A DNA stretch of 64,000 nucleotides from an uncultured Actinomycetes bacterium (GCA_963773635.1 CAVZBW010000007.1:964-64963); one strand, 5' to 3'; counted from the first letter of the stretch, positions 42,660 through 51,318 are shown. Made by a program: numbers and translations. The notes: a model not told the origin generated them from the letters alone.

Positions 42660-44048
42660 TTACGCCAGCGGCCCGACCGGAGGTCCGTCCCCTCCGGGAT
42701 GTGGCCGCTTGCGGCCGAGCCGCGAGGACCGCGGCGCCTCCAGGGCGCCGCGGTTGGAGAGCCATCGCGTGAGCGGCGCAGGCATCTCGGCGGGCCGATC
42801 GCCCCAGTCGTAGACCTCGCAGGTCCGGGCGGCGAGATCGTGGAGCGCCCGCCGATCGCGCCGCACGAGGGCCATCAACAGGCCGAGACCGAACAGGAGG
42901 AAGCTCACGGGAAACACGAGCACGCGCACCAGCGCCTGGCGCTGGGTGATCGTCGAGCCCTCGCTCGACACGATGCGCAGGCCGCCGATGGCCTTGCCGA
43001 CGGTGCGGCCCGTCAGGGCGAGCCCGGCCCAGAGGTAGACGAACCACCAGGCGAAGAGGGCAATCGTCCACCAGAGCCCGTTGTTCCGGACGACGTGGTA
43101 TCCCGAGAGGAGCTCGACGATGTACGACACGATGGCGCTGCCGAGGGCAAAGCTCCCAAAGACGACGCCGGTGTCGATGGCGAACGCCGTCAGCCGGCTG
43201 GCGGGACCCGCGTAGCGGCCGCTGACGCCTCCGGGCCCCAGTGCTGCGGCCTCCGAGACGAGCTGCGGTGGTCCGGGCTGCGGCGGGTCCCCTCGGCGGA
43301 ATCGGTCGAGGACCCTCATGACCACGACGTCGAGGCCCACGACCTGGCGGCGGACCAGGTCGAGGAGGGACGTGAGGAGTCCGCCGGTGCTGCGGGTCAC
43401 GACCGAGCCGAGCCGGATCCGGTCGACCACGGCGTTGATGTCGAGTCGATCGACCAGCTCGTCCACGTCGATACGCGCGATGAGCGCGTTGACGTCGACC
43501 CGCCGGAGCAGGGCGTCCGGATCGATCTGCTCGAGCAGGGCGTTGAGGTCTATCCCCCGGAGGACCTCTTCGATCCCGACCCGGGCCACCAGTCGACCGA
43601 CGTCCACCCGGTCGAGCAGCCCGTCGGCGTTGACCCGGTCGAGCAGGCGGTCCACGTCCACCCGATCGAGCAGGCGGTCCACGTCCACCCGGTCGAGCAG
43701 GCGGTCCACGTCCACCCGGTCGAGCAGCCGGTCCACCTCGATCCGATCGAGCAGATGGTCGACGTCCACCCGGTCGAGCAGATCGTCGGGATTCACCTTC
43801 GAGATCAGCTCGTCGACGTCGACCCGTTGCATGACCTCGTCGATGTCGACCCGGCTCAAGGCCTCGTTGAGGTCCACCGCGTCCACCAGGACCGGCATCA
43901 CGGCGTCGGCGACGGAGGTGACGGGCTGCACAAACGCTCGACGCAGCAGGTTGGGACGGGCCGGAGAGTGCCCGTCGTGGTTGCGGTTGTCCTCCACGCC
44001 CCCCCGAGCGGCGCGGTCCTCCGCAGAGGGCCGACCCGAATCGCTCAT
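42660..44048 (-). CDS. RDD-family membrane protein with an N-terminal array of 18 nonapeptide repeats
   Basis: C-terminal RDD-like TM domain (RLTAFAIDTGVVF ... GRTVGKAIGGLRIV ... HDLAARTCEV). Repeats such as VDVDRLLDR cover aa ~74-235. Alternative start at 44096. Confidence 0.75.
   Translation of the reverse strand: MSDSGRPSAEDRAARGGVEDNRNHDGHSPARPNLLRRAFVQPVTSVADAVMPVLVDAVDLNEALSRVDIDEVMQRVDVDELISKVNPDDLLDRVDVDHLLDRIEVDRLLDRVDVDRLLDRVDVDRLLDRVDVDRLLDRVNADGLLDRVDVGRLVARVGIEEVLRGIDLNALLEQIDPDALLRRVDVNALIARIDVDELVDRLDINAVVDRIRLGSVVTRSTGGLLTSLLDLVRRQVVGLDVVVMRVLDRFRRGDPPQPGPPQLVSEAAALGPGGVSGRYAGPASRLTAFAIDTGVVFGSFALGSAIVSYIVELLSGYHVVRNNGLWWTIALFAWWFVYLWAGLALTGRTVGKAIGGLRIVSSEGSTITQRQALVRVLVFPVSFLLFGLGLLMALVRRDRRALHDLAARTCEVYDWGDRPAEMPAPLTRWLSNRGALEAPRSSRLGRKRPHPGGDGPPVGPLA
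43392..43877 (-). repeat. 27-nt tandem coding repeat array (18 units, three central units nearly identical)
   Basis: Read directly: ggtcgagcaggcggtccacgtccaccc recurs at 27-nt spacing around 43640..43730. Flanking units are degenerate. All are in frame with the RDD ORF. Confidence 0.9.
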
Positions 44049-44174
44049 TGTCGCCAGGCTACTACCGCGTGTCCGCCCCGAGAGGAAGCCCAACACCCGT
44101 GGGCGAGGCGATGGGCTGCCCGGCGGGACTCCGGCCGGCGGGGCCCCGGTCGGTGGGGGCCCCGGTCGGTGGGG

Positions 44175-45017
44175 CTAAGCCGCCCGACGGTACCGGAGGA
44201 CGGCGAGCGGCGCGAAGACGATGAGGATCCCGACCGACCATGCCAGTGCGAGCCAGACGTTGGTCGTCGACCAGAGTCCCGATGTCGTGTCGCCGAGCAT
44301 GAGCTGGCGGCTGGCGTCCACCACCTGGCTCACGGGCTGGTTGGCAGCGAACGCCTGCAGCCATCCCGGCATGGACGTCACCGGCACGAAGGCCGAGGAC
44401 GCGAAGGTCAGCGGAAACAGGATCGGAAACGCGGCCAGCTGAGCCGTCTCGCTGTTGGAGGCCGAGAGCCCGACGATGGCGAAGGCCCAGCTGAGCGCAT
44501 AGGCGAAGAAGAGCACCAACAGAAGGCCGGCCACAAACTCTACGAAGTTGGTCTGGACTCGGAAGCCGACCGCGTAGCCCACCACCGTGATGAGGAGCAG
44601 CACGCCGACGTTGCGGACCGCGTCTGCGCTGGTCCTGCCCGCGAGCACGGCGGAGCGAGCCATGGGCAGCGCCCGGAACCGCTCGATCAGGCCCTTGTGC
44701 AGATCCTCGGCCAGGCCGACGCTCGTGCTCACCGAGCCGAACATCACCGTCTGCACGTAGACGCCCGCGATCAGGTAGTTGACGTACGTCGTCCCGGGGA
44801 CGTGGATGGCCCCACCGAACACGTAGCGAAACAGCAGCACGAACATGATCGGCTGCACGCTCGAGAAGAAGATCGCGTCCGGGATGCGCGTGTAGTTGAT
44901 GAGGTTGCGCCACGTCATCGTGACGGCGTCGGCGAGGGCCCACCGCAGGCGATGGCTCGAGTCGATCCCTTCGACCGACGCGTCGGGTGAGGGGGTGGCG
45001 GCGTCGATCGTCGTCAT
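44175..45017 (-). CDS. ABC-2 type transporter permease
   Basis: 280 aa with six hydrophobic segments. Typical DrrB-like N-terminus WRNLINYTRIPDAIFFSSVQPIMFVLLF. ATGA overlap with the ATPase stop. Confidence 0.85.
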   Translation of the reverse strand: MTTIDAATPSPDASVEGIDSSHRLRWALADAVTMTWRNLINYTRIPDAIFFSSVQPIMFVLLFRYVFGGAIHVPGTTYVNYLIAGVYVQTVMFGSVSTSVGLAEDLHKGLIERFRALPMARSAVLAGRTSADAVRNVGVLLLITVVGYAVGFRVQTNFVEFVAGLLLVLFFAYALSWAFAIVGLSASNSETAQLAAFPILFPLTFASSAFVPVTSMPGWLQAFAANQPVSQVVDASRQLMLGDTTSGLWSTTNVWLALAWSVGILIVFAPLAVLRYRRAA

Positions 45018-46060
45018 TGGCCGCTGCCGCCGGGCGTGCTACTCGCGAGCTCCCGCTCTTCCGGCTCCGCCTTGTCGACCTGCTCTGCACGGTGTCCGGT
45101 CAGGCTGAGGAATACGTCGTCCAAACTGGGTTCGCGCAGCGTGAGTCCGGTCACCGGGATGTCCCGCTGGTCGAGCGTCCGCAGCACCTCCGCGGCCACC
45201 TTCGGACCGTCCTCGACCGTGAGCTCGAGGGCGTCGTCGTCGATGGTCGGCGCCTTGTCCGTGAGCCCGCGCAGGAGGTCGGAGGCCGCCAGGGCGGACT
45301 CGGGGCTGGCCAGGGTGACCGAGATCACGGTGGTGCCCAGGTCGGCCTTGAGCTCCGCCGGCGTGCCCTCCGCGATGACCCGGCCGTGGTCGATCACCAC
45401 CACCCGATCGGCCAGGCGGTCTGCCTCCTCGAGGTACTGGGTGGTGAGCAGCACCGTCGTGCCTTGCCGGACGAGCTCCTCGATCACCTGCCACAGACCC
45501 TGCCGGCTCTGGGGGTCGAGCCCGGTGGTCGGCTCGTCGAGGAAGAGGACGGGGGGCCTCCCCACCAGGGCCGCCGCGAGATCGAGGCGTCGGCGCATGC
45601 CGCCCGAGTAGGTCTTGAGTGGCCGGTTCGCCGCATCCGCCAGGCCAAACTGCTCGAGCAGCTCGTCGGCGCGCGACGAGGTCGACTTCTTGGGCATGTG
45701 GCTGAGGCGACCCACCATGCGCAGGTTCTCCCGGCCGGTCAGATTCTCGTCGACGGTGGCATACTGCCCGGCCAGCCCGATCAGGCGCCGCACCGCGCCC
45801 GCCTTGCGGACCACGTCGTGCCCGAGGACCTCGGCGACGCCCGACTCCGGCTCGATGATGGTCGAGAGGATCCTCACCGCAGTCGTCTTGCCGGCCCCGT
45901 TGGGTCCGAGCAGGCCGAGCACGGTGCCCGCCTTGACCTCGAGAGAGACGCCGTCGAGGGCCCGCACCTCGCGCTTGCCGCGGAAGACCTTGACCAGGTC
46001 GTGTGCCGAGACCGCGATGTCGACGGACCTCCCAGCGCCGCTGTCTGGTAAGAGAGCCAC
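45014..46060 (-). CDS. ABC transporter ATP-binding protein (DrrA-like)
   Basis: Walker A GPNGAGKTT, signature YSGGMRRRLDLA, Walker B VLFLDEPTTGLD. Confidence 0.9.
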   Translation of the reverse strand: MALLPDSGAGRSVDIAVSAHDLVKVFRGKREVRALDGVSLEVKAGTVLGLLGPNGAGKTTAVRILSTIIEPESGVAEVLGHDVVRKAGAVRRLIGLAGQYATVDENLTGRENLRMVGRLSHMPKKSTSSRADELLEQFGLADAANRPLKTYSGGMRRRLDLAAALVGRPPVLFLDEPTTGLDPQSRQGLWQVIEELVRQGTTVLLTTQYLEEADRLADRVVVIDHGRVIAEGTPAELKADLGTTVISVTLASPESALAASDLLRGLTDKAPTIDDDALELTVEDGPKVAAEVLRTLDQRDIPVTGLTLREPSLDDVFLSLTGHRAEQVDKAEPEERELASSTPGGSGQ

Positions 46061-46065
46061 CGAAT

Positions 46066-46091
46066 AAGAAACTTAGTGATAAAGTTTTCTT
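46066..46091. promoter_or_regulatory. AT-rich imperfect inverted repeat (AAGAAACTT-N7-AAGTTTTCTT), likely MarR operator
   Basis: Lies in the 32-nt gap between the divergent ABC ATPase (GTG 46060) and MarR (GTG 46093) starts. Confidence 0.5.
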
Positions 46092-46092
46092 G

Positions 46093-46629
46093 GTGTCAAG
46101 GCGATGGAGGAACCGCGTCGAGCTCTTGGCCCAGCTGGCTTTGGACCTGCGTGAGTACCTCAACGCCGTGGATCTCTACGACGATGCCGTCGCCGAGCGG
46201 ATGGGTCTCAGCCGCACGGACCTCCGCTGCGTCGACACGCTGGAGCGCCGGGGGACCTTGACCGCCGGCGCGCTCGCCGAGGCCAGCGGGTTGACGACCG
46301 GAGCCGTCACCTTCCTGCTCGATCGGCTCGAGCGGGCGGGGGTGATCCACCGGGTCCGGGACACCGAGGACCGGCGTAGGGTGCTGGTCGAGCTCGTGCC
46401 GGACGCCGCGCTACGCGCCTATAGCCTCCACAAGCCGATGATCGCCGACATGCGGGAGCTGGCCCGGCACTACCGGATGGACGAGCTGTCGACCATCCGG
46501 GACTTCCTGTGCCAGGCGCGCGGCGTCTACGAGCAGCACGCTCCCCTCCTGCGCGCCGCGGCCCCGGAATCCCAGGGTGCCCCCGCTGACGTGCGCGCGC
46601 CGTCGCCGACGAGATCGTCAGGTGGCTGA
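46093..46629 (+). CDS. MarR-family transcriptional regulator
   Basis: LSRTDLRCVDTLERRGTLTAGALAEASGLTTGAVTFLLDRLERAGVIHRVRDTEDRRRV is a winged-HTH core. Confidence 0.8.
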   Translation: MSRRWRNRVELLAQLALDLREYLNAVDLYDDAVAERMGLSRTDLRCVDTLERRGTLTAGALAEASGLTTGAVTFLLDRLERAGVIHRVRDTEDRRRVLVELVPDAALRAYSLHKPMIADMRELARHYRMDELSTIRDFLCQARGVYEQHAPLLRAAAPESQGAPADVRAPSPTRSSGG

Positions 46630-47568
46630 GCGGCCGTAGGCCCGCTGCAGGGTCGAGGCCACCAGCTCGTGGTACTCCCTTGCCGCCTCGGGGATGAGCT
46701 TGCTCAGGCCCTGGGAGCCGTGGATCTGGCCCTCCCATCTCCGCAGGACGGTGGGCACGCCGGCGGCCTCGAGCTTCGTGCCGTAGGCCTCTCCCTCGTC
46801 TCGCAGGGGGTCGTACTCGGCCGTCATGACCAGCGCCGGGGGGAGACCTTCGAGGTCGGCGAAGATCGGCGAGGCATAGGGCAGTGTCGCCTCGCGCTCG
46901 TCGGTCAGGTAGAAGCCGCGGTACTGACGCATGGAGTCGGCGGTCAGGACGTAACCGGTCCCGTTCTCCTCCACGGAGGGATGGCTCATCGTGAGGTCCG
47001 TGACCGGGATGGAGAGCACCTGGCATACGAGGTGCGGCCCGCCTCGGTCGCGAGCCATCAGCGCCACGACGGCCGCCAGGTTGCCGCCCGCGCTGGCGCC
47101 GCCCACCGAGGTCCGCGCCGGGTCGATCCCGAGTCGATCGGCATGGTCGACCACCCAGCGGAGGGCGGCGTAGCAGTCCTCGGGCGCGGTCGGGTAGGGA
47201 TGCTCCGGCGCGAGGCGGTAGTCGACCGAGGCCACGACGCAGTGCGCCGATTGCGCGGTCGTCCGGCACTCGCCCTCGAACTGATCGAGGGTGCCCAGCC
47301 AGAAGCCGCCGCCGTGGAAGTAGACGTGGACCGGGAAGGGTGGCTCACCCTCCGGGGTGTAGACGCGTACCGTGATCTCGCCCCCGTGGGCGGGAACGCG
47401 ATGGTCCACGACCGAGGCCATCTCGGGACCGGGATCCGAGAGGGCGCTGAACATGAGGTCCATCGCGGCGTGCGCCCGCTGCCGCAGCTCGTCGACGCCG
47501 AGCCCTTGGGCGGGTGCACCCTGGGCCGCTCCGTCGACGAGGGGTTGCAGGCGCGGATCGAGCGGCAT
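46618..47568 (-). CDS. alpha/beta hydrolase, hormone-sensitive-lipase-type esterase
   Basis: HGGGF oxyanion motif, GASAGG nucleophile elbow, DYRLAPEHPYP. ATG at 47568. Confidence 0.85.
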   Translation of the reverse strand: MPLDPRLQPLVDGAAQGAPAQGLGVDELRQRAHAAMDLMFSALSDPGPEMASVVDHRVPAHGGEITVRVYTPEGEPPFPVHVYFHGGGFWLGTLDQFEGECRTTAQSAHCVVASVDYRLAPEHPYPTAPEDCYAALRWVVDHADRLGIDPARTSVGGASAGGNLAAVVALMARDRGGPHLVCQVLSIPVTDLTMSHPSVEENGTGYVLTADSMRQYRGFYLTDEREATLPYASPIFADLEGLPPALVMTAEYDPLRDEGEAYGTKLEAAGVPTVLRRWEGQIHGSQGLSKLIPEAAREYHELVASTLQRAYGRSAT

Positions 47569-47570
47569 GG

Positions 47571-48668
47571 TCAACCTTTCCCTGGCGGGTCGTCCGAGGG
47601 GGGATCGTCGGAGACCCCCCATGCGGAACCGGGCCCCGAGGCCCCGGTTCTCGTCGCCTCGCGAGCGTACCGGGCGGCCCCGAGCAGTGCCGTGTGCTCG
47701 TTGAGCACGACGTGGACGGGGATGCGTCGCATCATCTGGCTCATGCGGCCCTTGGCGGTGAACGCCCGCAGGAACGTGCCGTCCCGGAGCTTCGGCAGGA
47801 TGTGGGGGGCAATCCCGCCGCCGACGAAGACACCGCCGGTGGCCAGGTACTTGAGGGCGAGGTTGCCCGCCTCGGCCCCGTAGGCGGAGACCATGAGGTC
47901 CAGGGCCTGGACGCATATGGGATCGCTTCCCTCGATGGCCGAGCGGGAGATCACCGTGCCGGGATCGCCGGCGGCGATCCGAGACCCGAGCCACGACGGT
48001 TCCGGGGCTGTCGCCCGGGCACGCAGGAACCGGTACACGTTGTGGAGGCCGAGCCCCGAGCAGACGCGCTCGCAGCTCACGTGCGCGTCCTGGGCGGCCA
48101 ACCAGCGACAGAGCTCGAACTCGACCGCCGTCCGGGGGGCGAAGTCTCCGTGCCCGCCCTCCGAGGGCACCACGACATAGCGGCGGCCATCCCAGATCAG
48201 GCCGGCCTCACCGAGCCCGGTTCCGGCCGAGATGACGGCCTGCGACCCATGAGGGCTCGGCTCGCCGACGGCCAGCGTCTCGAGGTCCTGCGGCTCGAGC
48301 AGGACGAGGCCGTGAGCGTGCGCGGTCAGGTCGTTGATCAGGTCGACGGTCGGCAGGCGGAGCGTCTCCGCCACCCGATCGGCCACGACCCGCCAGGGCA
48401 GGTTCGGGGCCTCCACCCGCCCCTCGTGTACCGGCCCCGCCACGCCGAAGCAGGCCCGCACGATCCTCGCCGGGTGGGCGGCCAGGAAGACCTCGATCAT
48501 CTCCTCCAGGCTGCCCTGCTCCCTGCTGGCATAGGACTCGAAGGCCGCGGGAACGCGAGGGTCGTCGGCAAAGAGCGCGATCCGTGTGTGGGTGGCACCG
48601 ACGTCGCCCGCCAGGATCGCGAGCGCACGGTGCTGCGTCGGCAGGAGTGGAGGGGGCATCGTCACCAT
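47571..48668 (-). CDS. glk: glucokinase (Glk / PF02685 type)
   Basis: ILAGDVGATHTRIAL, PSEGGH and GGVFVGGGIAP. ATG at 48668. Its stop is 2 nt upstream of the esterase ATG. Confidence 0.8.
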   Translation of the reverse strand: MVTMPPPLLPTQHRALAILAGDVGATHTRIALFADDPRVPAAFESYASREQGSLEEMIEVFLAAHPARIVRACFGVAGPVHEGRVEAPNLPWRVVADRVAETLRLPTVDLINDLTAHAHGLVLLEPQDLETLAVGEPSPHGSQAVISAGTGLGEAGLIWDGRRYVVVPSEGGHGDFAPRTAVEFELCRWLAAQDAHVSCERVCSGLGLHNVYRFLRARATAPEPSWLGSRIAAGDPGTVISRSAIEGSDPICVQALDLMVSAYGAEAGNLALKYLATGGVFVGGGIAPHILPKLRDGTFLRAFTAKGRMSQMMRRIPVHVVLNEHTALLGAARYAREATRTGASGPGSAWGVSDDPPSDDPPGKG

Positions 48669-48818
48669 GGCCTTGGGGCGCCGCCGGCGAGCACGGGCGA
48701 GGCCCCGGCGTTCGCCGAGTCGGTACCTTATTGTCGGCTTCGGGGATCGTCCATGGTCCGCATCGCCGGCCGGGTGGTGGCAAGGGATCTCGCCACTCCG
48801 GACCGGTAGGCTGTGGGT

Positions 48819-49401
48819 ATGCCGTCGATCACCCCGGACCGAGCCCAACCAGGCGAGGAGCACCCCCGCTGGCGAGGCATCAACCACCTGGCGCTCGTCA
48901 CCACCGACATGGATGCGACGGTGCGCTTCTATCACGGGGTCCTCGGCGCGCGAATTGGTCGCGCACCTGGGCAATGCGTCGTTCCGGCACTACTTCTTCG
49001 AGTTCGGCCCGGAGAACACGGTGGCGTTCTTCGAGTACCGCGACATCGAACTGGAGCCGTTCGCCAAGCCGGCGGGCATCCCGGACCGCCGCGCCGTCCA
49101 ATTCGACCACCTCTCCTTCAACCTGCCCGACGAGCAGGCGCTGCACTCGTTGCAGTCCCGCCTCAAGGCGGCCGATTGTGAGGTCACCGACGTGGTGGAC
49201 CATGGGTTTATCCGCTCCATCTACTTCACGGACCCGAACGGCATCGCTCTCGAGGCGTCCTGCTGGGTGGTGGACGCGACGGGAAGGCCGGCGGACTACT
49301 CCGACGAGTCGCTGTTTAGCGACCCCGACCCCGTGCCCGCGGTAACCGAGCTGCGCAGCGAGGGATCGCTCCGGTCGACCCCGTCGACGCGACTCGTCTG
49401 A
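48819..49401 (+). pseudogene. VOC (glyoxalase/bleomycin-resistance) family protein with a +1 frame break at about 48953
   Basis: INHLALVTTDMDATVRFYHGVLGAR is in the ORF 48813 frame. It continues as LVAHLGNASFRHYFFEFGPEN... in the ORF 48586 frame. GC3 switches frame at cgAAttgg. Confidence 0.6.
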
Positions 49402-49415
49402 ACCTCTATGGCGGG

Positions 49416-50330
49416 TCAGGTGCCCGACGAGGTGGCTCCGGGTTCGATCAACTCCCACGTCGCCCCGTCGGGGTCGGCAAAGAGGATGGCTCGGAGGTCG
49501 GGAATTCCGGGGCCCATGTCGAGCGCCATCGGTGGCGACCAACAGCGCACCCCCGACGCCCGTAGTGCCGCGTAATCGGCCCCGATGTCGCCGGTGAGCA
49601 TGGCCACCCGGAAGATGCCGAGGTGGTGCGCCTGGGAGTAGGGGGTTCCCTCCGCTGGCGGCTGCTGCCATTGGACCAGCCGCACGGCGAACCCCTGGCC
49701 GTCGGTGAGCGTGCACTCGATTCGCGCCGCGCCCTCGGTCATGCCGTGGACACCGTTGCCCGACGCCGCGCCCGGGGCGGGGGGGTCGCTCACTTCCAGT
49801 CCGAGCACGTCGACGTAGAAGGGGAGGGACCGCTCCAGGTCGGAACAGGACACGACGAGACCGGCGAACCGATCGGCATCACCCGACACCAAGACGAGCC
49901 GGGTGCCGTCGGGGTCGAGGCACGAAAAGGCGGTTCCGCCCCGGCCGTCGAGGTCTCCCTCGGCGGTGATCCCGCGGGCGTCGGACCGGGTCAACGCCTC
50001 GCGCTGCGTCGTGAGGTCGGCACGGGACAGGACGAGGCTGGCAAAGCCCAACTGGTTCGCCGACGCATAGGGGCGACCCACGGGCCGGGGAACCTTCCAC
50101 TCCAGGAGGTCGACCACCGGAGGGGCGCCCCTGGGGGCACCGGGGGTGCCGAGGATGAAGGCGTCCCAGCGTGCCCGCGGGAGCCCGAAGGCCTCGCCGT
50201 CCTGGTCGGTGCCGGGGGCCGTATGCGACCACTGTCCCAGTCCGAGCAGGTCGCGGTAGAAGGCGAGGGAACTTTCGAGGTTCGAGCAGTTGACGTTGGC
50301 GTGGTAGATCCGCCCATCGCCGACGCTCAC
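49416..50330 (-). CDS. two-domain VOC family protein
   Basis: GTG at 50330. Two glyoxalase-like modules (IYHANVNCSNLESSLAFYRDLLGL and AGLVVSCSDLERSLPFYVDVLGL). GTGA overlap with the PPK2 stop. Confidence 0.7.
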   Translation of the reverse strand: MSVGDGRIYHANVNCSNLESSLAFYRDLLGLGQWSHTAPGTDQDGEAFGLPRARWDAFILGTPGAPRGAPPVVDLLEWKVPRPVGRPYASANQLGFASLVLSRADLTTQREALTRSDARGITAEGDLDGRGGTAFSCLDPDGTRLVLVSGDADRFAGLVVSCSDLERSLPFYVDVLGLEVSDPPAPGAASGNGVHGMTEGAARIECTLTDGQGFAVRLVQWQQPPAEGTPYSQAHHLGIFRVAMLTGDIGADYAALRASGVRCWSPPMALDMGPGIPDLRAILFADPDGATWELIEPGATSSGT

Positions 50331-51304
50331 CGGGCTCTCTTTCGCCCGTGGTGCTTGAAGGCTTGGGCTCCCGAGGCCAGGAACGGGTCGGCGGGCGCCC
50401 CCTTCGGCGCTTCGGCCTCGAGCGCCAGTCGCTCGGCCTGCAGGGCCTCCCGATCCTTGCGGCTGACCTTGGGGTACTGAGGATCGAGGTCGACGAGGGC
50501 CTCGATGATCACGTCGGCCGCGCAGACCCGGGCGAACCACTTGCGATCGGCCGGGATGACGTACCAGGGAGCCCACTCCGTGCTGGTGGCAGAGAGCATG
50601 TCCGAGAAAGCAACCTGGTAGTCGTCCCAACGGGCCCGCTCTCGGGCGTCGCTCGCAGAGAATTTCCAATTGCGATCGGGAAGGTCGATGCGCTTCAGGA
50701 AGCGCTTTCGTTGCTCCTCCTTGGACAGGTTGAGAAGGAGCTTGACGATCCGGAACCCGTTGTCGACGAGGTAGCGCTCCCAATCGTTGATCTCCCGATA
50801 GCGGCGCTCCCAGATCCCCTTGCGCTTGGCCTCCTCTGGAAGCCGCTGGCGCTCCAGGTTCTCCGGGTGCACCCGCACGACGAGGACCTCCTCGTAGTGG
50901 GAGCGGTTGAAGATGGCGATCTCGCCCCGGGCCGGCAACCGGGTGGCGTAGCGCCAGAGGAAGTCGTGGTTCAGCTCCTCGGCCGAGGGCACCTTGAAGC
51001 TGCTGACCCGGACGCCCTGGGGGTTGACCCCGCTCATCACGTGGCGGATCGTCCCGTCCTTCCCCCCGGCGTCGAGGGCCTGGAGGCACACGAGCAGACC
51101 GTAGGTGTCCTGCGCGGCGAGGCGCGCCTGGTATTCGGCCAACATCTCGACACCGGACCGCAGGATCTGGGCGGCATCCTTCTTGTCGACGAAGTCCGCC
51201 TTGTACCGGGGATCGAAGTCCCGGTCGAGCCGGACCTTGGACCCCGGCTTGACCCGGAGCGGCTTGATGGCCTCGGCGATCCTGGCAGGCCTGAGATCCG
51301 CCAT
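50327..51304 (-). CDS. ppk2: polyphosphate kinase 2 (single-domain PPK2)
   Basis: LQALDAGGKDGTI Walker-A-like motif, FLWRY, FNRSHYE and WYVIPAD are PPK2 hallmarks. Confidence 0.9.
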   Translation of the reverse strand: MADLRPARIAEAIKPLRVKPGSKVRLDRDFDPRYKADFVDKKDAAQILRSGVEMLAEYQARLAAQDTYGLLVCLQALDAGGKDGTIRHVMSGVNPQGVRVSSFKVPSAEELNHDFLWRYATRLPARGEIAIFNRSHYEEVLVVRVHPENLERQRLPEEAKRKGIWERRYREINDWERYLVDNGFRIVKLLLNLSKEEQRKRFLKRIDLPDRNWKFSASDARERARWDDYQVAFSDMLSATSTEWAPWYVIPADRKWFARVCAADVIIEALVDLDPQYPKVSRKDREALQAERLALEAEAPKGAPADPFLASGAQAFKHHGRKRAR

Positions 51305-51318
51305 GCTGCCTTCTGCTC

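Noticed and set aside
43392-43877. Possible CRISPR array, suggested by the regular 27-nt periodicity
   Set aside because: There are no unique spacers between repeats. The units are contiguous, degenerate toward the flanks and in frame with a protein. No cas genes are nearby.
42699-44990. 763-aa plus-strand ORF over the RDD and ABC permease genes
   Set aside because: It is antisense to genes with clear TM and RDD signatures. Its own repeat (HPVEQAVHV...) is just the reverse-complement reading of the nonapeptide array.
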